DNA of 20,000 nucleotides from Perkinsus olseni (Eukaryota): NCBI GenBank assembly GCA_013115125.1, contig JABANN010000098.1, positions 54,729 to 74,728 of the forward strand, read 5' to 3'. Shown piece by piece: positions 1 to 10,864 of this stretch (position 1 is its first letter; each line of letters starts with the position of its first letter). The notes under the pieces were generated by a model. It saw only the letters and a program-made list of their open reading frames with translations, ran no database searches and was not told where the DNA came from. The position numbers and the translations under genes were made by a program.

Positions 1-167
1 CGATTAGTACGTAGCGGTATGGGAGAGATAACCACGACGGGCGCCACGCACAGCCACAGACCAATCCAGATCCGAGCCGAAAGTCGGGCGATTTACGGTA
101 TAGCCACCAACGGATTAACAGCATCCTCACCGGATGAGCTGAGGCGACACAAAATAAAGTAACCTAC

Positions 168-3100
168 TCCACAGCGAAAGCTGACCGCGTCGAGTTCCCA
201 CAGCCAGCAGGGGGCAATCGGGCGCCAAATCGATCGCGCTGACGCCGCCACCGACAGGGACGCTCTGACATGTGGAGATTCTTGCGGCGACTGGGCGGGT
301 GAAATCAGGCTTACCGTCTTACTCGTATGCCCACCAACGCCCGAACTCGGAGTAGAGTTGTCGTAGTATCTGCAACCCAGGACGCACTGTGACAAGAATG
401 GAAGGAAGGAGGTGCTAAACCCTATCCGACTAGTCCCACCACTTGGCACGATGCACCCCCGTTTCAACGTCAAAAAAGGATGTATATAAAACTCGTTACA
501 AAAATAGTCGCAAATTTGCGTATAAAATTTTTCTGAGATTTTTATGAAAAATTTCTGAAGATTTCCGAATACTTTCACTGTTTCTTTTCCACATAGCAGC
601 AGGCGAGATTTTTCTTCCACTGTAAAAGGCTCGCTGACCACAGCGTCTTACAGATGTTTATACACGCTCGAGACGAAGCGTAAGTCCTGCGACACCAACG
701 CCTGGGCGGCGACCTCCGAGGATGGTGGCTGACCTGGGTCTGAGGGCAGCTCCGATTGAGCATCTGAGGGGGGGGAGATGATGTCGTAGCACACAAGGGA
801 AGGACAGCCAAGAGGCGGAGCGACCGACCATGCAATAATTCATACGTAATTTCCTGCAGCGTGAAAGGATCTACTGGAGAGAAATCATTGCGTGCTCGAG
901 GCAAAAAGCTTGCTAGTCTCCCAGCTCGCCAGAGCAAATAACGAAACCGGGACAGAAAATTTCGAATCACTGGCAATTTTCTCGGCGGCAGCAGCCGATC
1001 CTTGAGGCAGCCAGACTTCGACCCGTGACGCTTGAAGTGACGTTATTGGCGATGCGAATGGCGAAGGTATCTTCCGTTAGTATTTCTTATATTTCCGGTA
1101 GACCTGCACTCAGAGTACCCTACGCGACATCTACAGCGGAGCATCGGTTGTGGCAGAGAGAACTTATACAGCACAGAAAGTTCCAACTCGAATCTTGTAC
1201 CGATTTTCCGAGGAGAGGCAGAAAAAAACTACGCACGAAATGGTGCATGGGTGAGACAACAGAGGACGAATCTTAGGTTGAAGCGTGCCTTACCCAAGTT
1301 CCACAAGAGCACTTTGTTGCCCGCCTCGCAAGCTGCCCCGATGATAGAGGCGTCGTTGGAGCAGGTCATGGCAGTTACTCCGGTCGAAAGGGACGGCGAG
1401 CCGGACGAGGTGGATACGGATAGCGTGCAGACCTGAGGACGACCTGTGAAGTGCATGAGTGAACAAAAGATACGCCGTGACGGCCGTATCAGAGTCGAGA
1501 AGGGATGATGAAAACCTAGACGGTTGGCATCCCTTGATCAGATAATACCGCTAACCATGATCAACCTAAGATTCCCATCGCCAGAGGTACGGACTTATAT
1601 GCTCCGCGACCGATAAAAGAATCCAAGGTCGACCCTGGCATTTGGCAGAATCTTTGACCTGCGTATCCTCACGAATCATTCCTATCCAGCCAGATCTACC
1701 GTATCTTTCATTCTGTCTTGCGCCACAATCAACCTCGGATACTTTTTCACCTACCTGGGGAGGCTTCCTGTCACTCACCGCCACTCGAACCTGCTTCATC
1801 GCCGCGAACTTAGCACTGGTGGCTACTCTATGGGGAAGAGTATCCGACAGCAGCGGCAGAGACGAGCACTGGACAATCTAAGAACAGGGGGAGGGCAGGC
1901 TGTGGCGATCGGTTATTGGATCGGTTGTCCCAACGCCCATGTATGAAGGGACGCCCTGTTGATGAATCCCCCCTGGTCGTATTCACCGCGCAGCTACTCG
2001 ACTACGAGTAGGTCACTCATACCTTAAATTGCCCCATTCCGCGCGGATTTCGTGGTAAGGCTCGGTCAAGACCCAGTCTACGGTCGGCTGTACCACCCCA
2101 AGGGAGAAGACGACCTTAGGCAGCCGGAAGAAAACATCTTCGGTGGTCATGCTAGCGACGTGGGAGTCTCCAAATTACGATGTTATTAGTATCTTATTTT
2201 TCATAAGTCACATGATTCGACTTGCTTCTTTTCATCCCACCATCAACCTAAGATTCCTACGTTCTTCGAAGACCAGCTGGTAACGTTGCGCTCCTCTGAG
2301 CTCTCTCTGCTCCGCTTGCCCGTAGAATGGGAGCTTCCGGTGGTCTCGAAAAGACTTCCGTACGCCTCCGGCGGCGAGTAGGCGTCCACTGTGTAAACAA
2401 CTGCACAAGAATCTTTGTTAATTGCGCACAGCGAAGAATATCTTTCTACAGTTGCTAGCCGGGACTTGATACGCTAACTCAGCTTCGGACTTCGTCATCT
2501 GATTCTGCCACGCATACATCTCGGCTTGCTCCACCGAAGCCTGGGAACCTAGATGCGCACGCGGAAAATTTTCAAAGATACTCCCTGGTCACTGCTACGC
2601 ACTTGCGAGACTGTGCGGGATCAGCCCGGTGGTGTCAATGAGCTGCACTCGTGCCTGCCGAATTTGGGATCAGATAACAATACCACCCGTTGAGGAATAG
2701 CAAGATTGCAAGATTTTGAGTTTGCCTACCGGGAATCCTATCTGAGTGGTCAGGGATATCTGACTGGACGAAGATACGAAAGCTTGGAAGAGGTCAAACG
2801 CCCTCTGCGTGGCTCGAACCTGTCCAGGAGATAATCGCAAATTTACTTCAAGGGCCGGTCGACAGAACGGACTGTCTGTTCTGTCGCAACTGAATGTATT
2901 GTGACGGACAGTCTGCAACAGGCTCTCTGGTATAACACTCCGATCGGTACTGCATCGAACCGATAGAGAACAGAGTGTTTACTCACGACATCCCTGAGGA
3001 CCTGTGCGAGCATACGTTCCCATCGAGAGATCTCCTATGCTATCCGAAAAGCACGCGCAAGACAAGAGGGAATATGGTGGGTGTGTCGTCGGGTCGCGAA

Positions 3101-3541
3101 TCGACTCACCGGGCATTTGTAGGCCGGGTCTTGATAGAAGCGGTGCCATAGTTTACTGTCACCAGTATGGTCTTTGATATCCGCTATGCTTCCAACCTGA
3201 CGATTTGCGAAAGGAGTGGTATGGCAAGCACGCATGCACACAGATACCCGTGCAAATTCAACAGCGTCACTCCGTAAAGTGACATCTACTGTATCGACAA
3301 GCTCCTTAGTGAGACCCCTCGCTGCGTCTGTTGCCTCCACCGTCCCCTGGGCGAATAACCAGACCACCTCGGACACCTGAGGAGAGCCCTTCAATGACGC
3401 GCAGTACACGACGCCTACAATAACGGGCCAGGCTATGCTAGCTAGCTGCCATCGTAGTGCTGGGTCTGCAAAACCGATGGGAAAGCGAGCCAACGCCTCC
3501 ACGCCCAGCTTCACAGCGGGAATGTCACGAGGGGCTTCCAT
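168..3541 (-). CDS. Spliced WD40-repeat gene, TAF5/TAF5L-like; 3' end lies beyond the left edge of the window
   Basis: Phase-compatible GT-AG exons: 3541-3419 (start uncertain), 3346-3248, 3196-3110, 3034-2987, 2819-2730, 2654-2603, 2548-~2450, unresolved ~2400-2025, then 1877-1755, 1432-1294, 763-652, 369-315, 264-168. WD40-like repeats: GVTAMTCSNDASIIGAACEAGNKVLLWNLD and GVSAIDLAPDCPLLAVGTRRGQLSLW. RWQLASIAWPVI, VRATQRAFDLFQAFV and KQVRVAVSDRKPPQVCTL recall the TAF5 NTD2 domain and the pre-WD linker (from memory, not searched). Confidence 0.62.
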
Positions 3542-3734
3542 TGGGCAGAATTGGGCAACTTCCCTCTGAATGCGAATCCTCCGGACCAATTTGCACGAGG
3601 ACGAGCGCTGAGTAATGCGAGTCTGATTGAACAGCGTCCCCTCCCCTCTCTGTTGGTCTCCCTATTAATAGTGTATAATAAGATATCTTCATACCAGGCA
3701 TGCCTGTGAATAACCGGCTTCAACCTAAGATTCC
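1268..3734. other. Dispersed motif TCAACCTAAGATTC(C), 4 copies
   Basis: Plus strand at 1561-1575, 2243-2257 and 3720-3734; reverse complement at 1268-1281. All lie outside predicted exons. Confidence 0.85.
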
Positions 3735-3844
3735 TTTCCCCACTGAACTAGACACTCGCAGGCTTCTTAGTGAGAACATGATAAGTGAAAACTTACGAAA
3801 AATGCGGAGTTGATCCAGCAAGCAATTTCGTGGCGCGCGACATC

Positions 3845-6800
3845 TCACAGCTCCTCGGCTTCTCCACCGCTGTCGTAAGCCCTGGTCATTTCTTCGCTTC
3901 GCTCTCGCATGAGGCGACGATTGTTGTTCTTCTTACCGCACTGGTTGCCGGTGTAGTACTGGAAGTGATACGAGTTGCGAAAGGAGTGGTATTGACGAGC
4001 TCACCCAAAATCCCTTGTCTTTTCTATAGTCGCCAGTCAGGATCATCTTCAGCATCTCCCGACGGCCTCCAGCAGTCGAAGTCACACAGTGGACGGCAGA
4101 GTTGGGTCGGACCAGCGTCACTAAGGGAGCCCTCATGAAAAAAGGCGGAGCGAAGCAAGAGATGCCAACATCATATTTTCTATATCCATTGCAAGAGAAC
4201 GAAATGGAGAAGCACTAGCTTATACGCCCTCCCGTAAAAAAAGGCGGAGCGAAGCTCTAAACAATTCCTCGATATTCATCGCAAGAGAGTGGAGAAAAGA
4301 GGTGTCTGGCTGCTTTGTTACTCAGCGGACAGCACATGGTAATCGATAACGGCAAAATTCTTACCGGAGTTGGCCGTAGTACGGACAGAGCGTTTCTCGC
4401 CGTTCTTGGCAGTCCAAGTAAATTCACACTTCGACTCGGGTGAATTGGATACCGTAACAACGACCTCCCAATCAAGCTCCATCGTCTTGTACATCTGCAG
4501 ATCCGAGTGGCACGGCATACCTGAACAGCCGCGCATGCAGGAAATCTGAGACACAGTATGTCGACATGATGTGGAATACACGCATGGACTAAACGACAAA
4601 CAAAATTTTATGGTGATGGATAACAGAGGGCGAGGAAGCAGAGTCCAAGGCGAATCAGAGGATAGCAAAGAAGACAAGCACGGAATTCGGGCTCGAGTAC
4701 GCAGATCGTTTTCGCGCGCATGCTGCGACCTACGCAGTCGACGAAGCAGAGGATCCGGAAATTCAGTAAACACCTCGATTCGATAAACCGCGGAATTACA
4801 GGGGACCCGCACGAGCCGAGCCAGTCAAGGCTCCGATGAGCTCCTAAAGGTAAACGGTTATATCTCAATTCCAGCGTCCAAGAGCTCCCTTCAGAGGATG
4901 CCTCAGGTCTCAGTCCCCTACGGCCGTATGATACCATCCGTAGGCTCAGTCCGAGACTCGGAAATTCTCGAAAAACTCCCAAGCCGTCGACTGAAAGTCG
5001 AAACACAATTCGAAGCTTCAATGCTTATAACTAGGCGGCAAAACTGAGTACCATACGCTGTGTAAACGCATTCTTCTCTCACAGCGCCGCGTCACAGAAC
5101 TCCCGCAAGGCGAGCTCAGGGCAGCTTGACTCCATAAAATAATAAAACACGTTCTTCGGTAAAACTGCCGCTAGGAATAACTCGTCGGCCATACGTTCAC
5201 AACAGCCTGTTGACTCCGATGCACGGGAACATTGGGCGGACTCGAGTGCCCGCGATAGGGTAGTATTTGGTGACTGCAACTTCCGAATTCATGCTACCCG
5301 GCTCAGGCTGAACCCAGACTAACTTCCCCTTCTCAAAGAATGTGAGTAACGAAGCGATTGGTACGCCATTCGAATAGTCTTTGAGCTTAACCAAACGCAC
5401 GCAGCTGTCGTAGATGTCGTAGATGTAGGCACCGCGGGCAGGATCGAACACGTCTGTGATCCAGAATGTAGTCTCTCGAGTACTGTCTACCACCAGGCCG
5501 TTGAAGTTGCTGCTGCAAGCCGCGAAGGAGCACGTATATCCGGAGCCACCCGGGAGAAGCTGCTTTATTCTGGGCCATAGTCGTCGCGAGCGTTTATTCC
5601 CACTTTAGCATTTATTGGGCTCGTGAACTTAGAGTGGTCTCGGCAAGCACGAAGGCCCGCCCCGGGCCTTCCCAACTTCGTTGCCCTCTAACTCCACCAC
5701 AAACCTTGCCAGTATTCGGCACAGCAACAGCGTGATTCATATAGAATGGACGTCAGCGAGCCCTCGCGCCCCATCACTCCGCCGTTTGAAACCCCTTCAA
5801 ATAAATACGCCACCAGGGCGCTATTGTCGACAGTAGAGGAATTCAACCACTTTATTCGATTTGTGTTTGGATAATCCGCTGACAAACGTCCACGAGCTTC
5901 CAGCCAGTTCTCGCTCGCTGGACTATGAGTTTACGGCAAGGCCCTAAACTTCTTATCTTCATACGATAAGCGAACCCACCCTGCACTAAGGCTGACCGCT
6001 GGTAGGAGATGGTCCATATTCCATAAAACCTACTTACGACTCGAATGTTTCGAGGCGACCAAAAAATCGGACTCCGGGACTAAATCGATCGTTCGAAGGA
6101 GAGAGGGAATTTTCGGAGCGGTTACGCGACTGCGAGGCGCGTCAAAATAAACTGCAAAACAGAGAAATAAAATGCCGGAGGACAACGATATCACACAGTG
6201 TGCCCGATTCACACTCACCTCCACTGCGTCTTCCATATTCCCTCAATTCCATCGGGAAATCAGCTCCCCATAATGCACCAGCTTTCGTCACCTGGCGAAG
6301 ATCTCATCCGATTATCATCTTGCTTTCCGGGCACGCCTTATTCGAAAGAATGCACAACAAAAGCAAGCGCCCGAGTATAGAATGGAAAGACGTTCGTGAA
6401 TCCTGACCAGTGAAGCAATAAAAACGCACATTGCAAGCGGACCCGCAGATCCACTCGTACAGTTAGGCCCCAACAGTTGGGATCCAACTGCCCCCGAAGC
6501 CATCAATAACGCCATGCACCCTTAGACTAATGGCATGGTCAGCAGCAATCCACATCCTGGCAGGATGTGGCAGGATGATCCTGCCACATCGGCTGCCTTT
6601 TCCTTACCAAAGATGCCCATAGCCTAAAATTACTCCCAAATATTAAACGATACAACTCCGACTTGTAACCAACGTATCTGCCAAAGGCTGGGCTTAACAA
6701 GCAGGAGAGGTTTCTGGAGAAGCTAATAGCTTCTGATAGCTTCAAGCTATCTAATCTTCCCTTCACTCAGCTCTGCATCTCAGAGCCCAGATAGATGGAC

Positions 6801-9800
6801 ACGGAATTAACGGACACTATTATCTCCCAACTGTGCGTGTATGTAGTATAGTACACTGCAATTATGTAGCAAACCCCGCAGTCAACGTTTTTCCACGTCT
6901 TTTTTTCACAGAAACTCGAATGAGTCAAAAAGATTCGGGGAATATTTCGGCCCATTCTGAATCTTTCCAATGCGATATATCCAGAAGCACTTCCGCTCCG
7001 AGTCGGAGCCTCCCGCAAAAGAATGCTCCGAGCCTCGGAGTACGAGGCCGTTGAAGCTTCTTGCCGATCATACTCACCCGCCCATCCTATGAGTGCCGTC
7101 CAAATTGCAGTTCGCCTCCATACCGGACGTCTTGTTCTCACCAACTCTCCATAGTCGCTCTGCCTCCAACAGAATCTACGATGATAATCTCCCACAATCT
7201 TCATTTATCCAGGTATGTCTGGATACCAAAAGAGCACCGTTGCCGTAATACCGTGTGACGGATGAACCCAGTTGATGTAGCTAGTTCGCTGAGAGGCTGC
7301 CAGAGAAACGCCCAGACGGTCGGCTTACTTCCTGGAAGGTCTCTGCCGTGTAAGCATCCGGGGTATAAACTGCGTAGTCGTTCTTCAGAAGATCCTCATG
7401 CAGCCTCTCCAAGGCCTCAGGAGATGTATGCTCGGGGGCGATACCAGACAGCCGACCCGAGGCTAGTTTAAGTTGTGCACGGGTGTAGTAGTCGGGGTAA
7501 ATATCGGACGACCTGACGACACGAAGGATAGAGTTGCGAAGATACTCAATTGCGTCACTGCGCCACGAAATTCAGTAACCTACCCTTTCCCCGCTTCCGG
7601 ATCCACTGTCGGGATATCGCAGGGGACGGAGTTGAGTCTCGCTGTTGTGAGGGGTTTATTCAGGGGATCGCGGAGTATGGTGTACCTACAGATTGTATCC
7701 TCCAGCATGATCCTGTTGGGCGGGCGATGGGGCCAGAGTGGCCCGGCCACTGGTTTACAAACTTCGACATTACTCAACTCAGATTCTTTTCTGATTGCTG
7801 TTGAGTTTCGGTTGGGTAATGACCGTTTTAACCCGCGTCGAAACGTTTCTATTTTGTCTCACACTTACCCTTTCTCCTGTCCACATTCATGTAGGCGGCT
7901 GTATCCATACAAGCTAATATCTCCGCTACTCGCAAGGACAAAGCCCGCGTCATGAGAAGCCGCCGCGACGCCTATCGCCACCTGATAAAAAAATATCACT
8001 CTTCAGCTTCGCTCCGCTAAAATTAGCGCGATTATGGCACTCACTTTGCCTTGGGAAACGAGAGCTCCTTCGAAGGCGCTTTTCGCATCTTGCGCAAGGC
8101 GCTTCGAGGAGGCTAGAACCCACCTGGGAGACACCCCGCTCGACTGGACCTGTGCCAAAAAATGCCCCCCTTGGGTTCGAACCTGCAACCTACCTTAGCA
8201 AGTTCCTTCTTTGCCTTGACAACTACTCCAATATCAGCCCTCCCTCGGAGTTGATCACGAAGAGTAACAAAGTCATCAGCTCGGGCGAATATAACACCAG
8301 CCGAGCAGTCAGCAATATCAACTTGTGGCGAATCCACATAGCACGGAAGGGCCCTGCAAGGTGAAGCACATCATACTGTTGACTTCCCATGAGGAAATCT
8401 TTCCAGTGCGCGCCCCCGATGAAACGAGCTCGCACCTCGACTGGAACAGACGAACACTCGCCATGGTGATGCTCACTGTGGATCATCTGTCAAAGGTTGA
8501 TCGCTGCTGGCATCATCCAAGAATGGCCCGAGTGGGGATTCTCCAAAATCATCCAGAAAAATTTTGATGTCGTCCCGAAATTGATGAGTCAAAACGTTCA
8601 ATGTGAACCTGATCGCAGAACACGAGTTGACTCTTGTATATCTTGCAACATCTCGCACTTCCTCAACCCATTTACAAGTAATTTTTGAAACGGGATTATA
8701 CGTATGAACTGCTCAGGATATCGCGAGCTTCCAGAACTGTCGGAAATTTCGAGAAAATGTTGCGTGGAAAATGGAGTTCCGAATTAAACGCCGACGTTAC
8801 CACCGCGTACCGGGTTCGCTCAGATTCACCGTTATCAGGCCTCGGCGACTTTATACTCTAGAGTCTCGATCGAGCATGAGACAGCTCTCACAACACCACA
8901 TCAAAACAGGGCAGTAACGCAACCCATGATGCAAAAGTTTTCAACTAAATTGCTGCTCTCCGTCGCAGAGTGAACTTCACTTTTTCGCATAGTCTAGGAA
9001 GAAGTGCCCGACCGTGTTTCCGGCGATCAATCTTCCACTGTGGAGCGGCTCTCGTGACAATTAGCCAAGCACTGTGAGCTGCACTCGAAGGTTCCGCGAA
9101 CACAGTGTTCGGGGACTCCCCGAACGGTCAGAGGCCATCAGTCACTATCCTGCGATCGCAGACTCATTCGCGGCCAGATTCGTGAACCCTTCTCGAACCT
9201 GGCAAGTCTCTGAATCGTCCTCGTAGTATCGGATCATCATAGCGAACTGTTCTATATCTGAACTGTCTGGCGTTTCGTCACACATGACGCTGTAGGATCA
9301 GCCATCCCACATATCTTCACATAATCTCCTGGAATCACTCGGTCTGGGCGAATGTGGATGAGCTCGTTCTGAATCTTCCCCGAGATGTACTTCTGTGAAA
9401 CTGCGACAGTTAAGGCCGAATATATAATCAAGACAGAACTGTGGTAACAATTCGGAGAAGATGACCTCCATTCCTGATTTCCAAATCTCTCAGTGACCTC
9501 GTTAGTCGATTCTTTGCCTGGCACAAAAGTTGTGTGTCAGGACGAAGCATCACAAGCTGAGCTTGTCAAGCTCACACACCACTCTCATTCTGCCTCTCTT
9601 GCTCTTCCTCGGTGATTCGTCGCAGCCTCGTACGCACATCGCAAAATGCTAACAACTAGTCCTTCCAGTTTTCGAGCTCGTGAATGCCTCGCTACCCTCT
9701 CTGTACCCCCATGAGGCGCGTCGAGTCTCCACACGCTGACCGTCCGTCACGTCGCAAATCACGTCGTCCTCGACGGCCGCCGGTCGACGCTGGCTAATCC

Positions 9801-10716
9801 AGGTCACTCGGAAAGTATCCAAAGCTTGGCAGGACTCACGCCTACTTGACCGGGTGGTAGACTGGCATGCAGTAGTGCAGAATCAACCCTCAACGATGTC
9901 CCATTTAAGTATCGAACGTCATGTGACGTACACACAGGTCGCAACGCAAGGTCTAAATCGCAAGACTCCTTGCATTTCCATCCGTACGATGCCTCTGTCG
10001 AATCGAGAGTCCCGATCAGCTGTCTATCGCAATAGCTATCCCCATTGGGTTAATAATGCACATGAATATTTCCGGGAACACCCCAGAAATCGCTCACAGC
10101 TTGCCCCCCGAAAAATCCTGAAGTTTTCAAAATTTTCGTAGAAATTTTCCACACTTCCCGGCCTTCGTAACTACAGATCCGCCACCCCACGCAGCTTACA
10201 ACTCATCCTTAGCGTTGATGATAGACTCCGCTTGATCTTCGAAATCTCTCAGCCATGCCCAGAACAACGGCGTGGCTTCCTCCCCCTTAGACAGGAGGCA
10301 GCGAGAGATGTGACGCATCGTGTACCTACGCCACGATCAATCTCGTACTTTGTGTTAAATCCCTCATCCACAACAGTAAAAGACATCATCGAGATCCTCC
10401 GGGCCTCACACAATGGCACCGGTTCCCTTCGATGCATCAAACCAGCCGAGACATGTGTATGCTGAACCTAATATTCTCGCTGAACCTGTTACTTCTCTTG
10501 AACTATTCATCCCACAATATACCGTCGATACCCAGTCCCTTTCCCTGAACCCGTTTGCGGCACTTACAGAGTGATGGCAACCTCCCCCACTGTGAGCTCT
10601 TCATCGCTGTCTGCCCACGCAGCCATCGCCTTCAGACCGGCTGAGGCCGAGTTGAAGTCGGAGCTCTCTCCTGCCCCGCACAGAGAAGCCAGCAAGTGCA
10701 ATAAAAGGAATCGCAT
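3845..10716 (-). CDS. Paralog A: secretory-pathway 2OG-Fe(II) dioxygenase-domain protein, 14 exons, about 565 aa
   Basis: Exons 10716-10568, 10325-10200, 8608-8477, 8353-8194, 8149-8045, 7981-7869, 7685-7584, 7512-7329, 7175-7078, 6677-6608, 6291-6219, 4520-4365, 4120-4005, 3958-3845. All are GT-AG and phase-consistent, total 1698 nt, no internal stop. Signal peptide MRFLLLHLLASLCGA. Catalytic region FPMELREYGRRSGGMPCHSD...WEVVVTVS...ANSVTLVRPNSAVHCVTSTAGGRREMLK. Ends AEEL*. Confidence 0.85.
6550..6590. repeat. Overlapping double palindrome; putative excision footprint, inferred TSD CATCCTGC
   Basis: CCACATCCTG-G-CAGGATGTGG overlaps GATGTGGCAGGAT-G-ATCCTGCCACATC; in intron 10 of A. Confidence 0.8.
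6718..6751. repeat. Adjacent double palindrome; putative excision footprint, inferred TSD GAAGCTAT
   Basis: AGAAGCTA-A-TAGCTTCT followed directly by GATAGCTT-C-AAGCTATC; in intron 9 of A. Confidence 0.78.
9150..9400 (-). mobile_element. Degenerate hAT-superfamily transposase fragment (DUF4371/ZMYM1-like region) in intron 2 of paralog A
   Basis: Minus strand reads QKYISGKIQNELIHI, then after a frameshift and a stop SYSVMCDETPDSSDIEQFAMMIRYYEDDSETCQVREGF. This matches the hAT motifs YxSxxIQNELI and FS(I/V)xxDETxDxSxxEQxxxxxRY...VxExF. This intron is about 1.35 kb longer than the matching intron of B. Confidence 0.82.
9552..9574. repeat. Compact inverted triplication of the 8-mer ACAAGCTC (putative footprint)
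   Basis: ACAAGCT + GAGCTTGT (reverse complement of the 8-mer) + CAAGCTC. Confidence 0.6.
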
Positions 10717-10864
10717 TTCGATGACCAACGAAAGCGGAAGATTCTTCCCCATTAAACTCGACGATCGCGAGTTCTGCTTAATAACATCAAATTGAGGGCT
10801 CCCAAAGTCTTTGGGCTAAACATGTGACACTGGTTCGGTGACGAATTTCGTGGCGCGCGAGATG

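Noticed and set aside
5651-5671. GC-rich hairpin GAAGGCCC-GCCCC-GGGCCTTC as a Helitron 3' end or terminator
   Set aside because: No properly placed CTRR|T end on either strand and no U-tract; the context is a eukaryotic intron.
6995-7040. Palindromes GCTCCGA-G-TCGGAGC and CTCCGAG-C-CTCGGAG as a scar
   Set aside because: The 8-mers match at only 6 of 8 positions and extra sequence lies between them; too ambiguous.
7580-7583. Apparent premature TAG in paralog A (TGG in B)
   Set aside because: It lies inside the splice donor (GG|gtaggt in A, GG|gtgggt in B), so the spliced frame is intact.
7473-7955. Plus-strand ORFs conserved between duplicates (7473-7955 and 13950-14183; also 3785-4138 and 10232-10465)
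   Set aside because: They are antisense shadows; splice signals and silent-site patterns support the minus-strand exons.
8160-8235. Full tRNA gene around GGTTCGAACCC
   Set aside because: No cloverleaf can be folded, and the 5' half would be coding exon 4.
9097-9125. Double odd-centred palindrome as another excision scar
   Set aside because: The rebuilt 8-mers disagree (CGAACACT versus GTCCCCGA). It is a counter-example or a compound event and is not counted.
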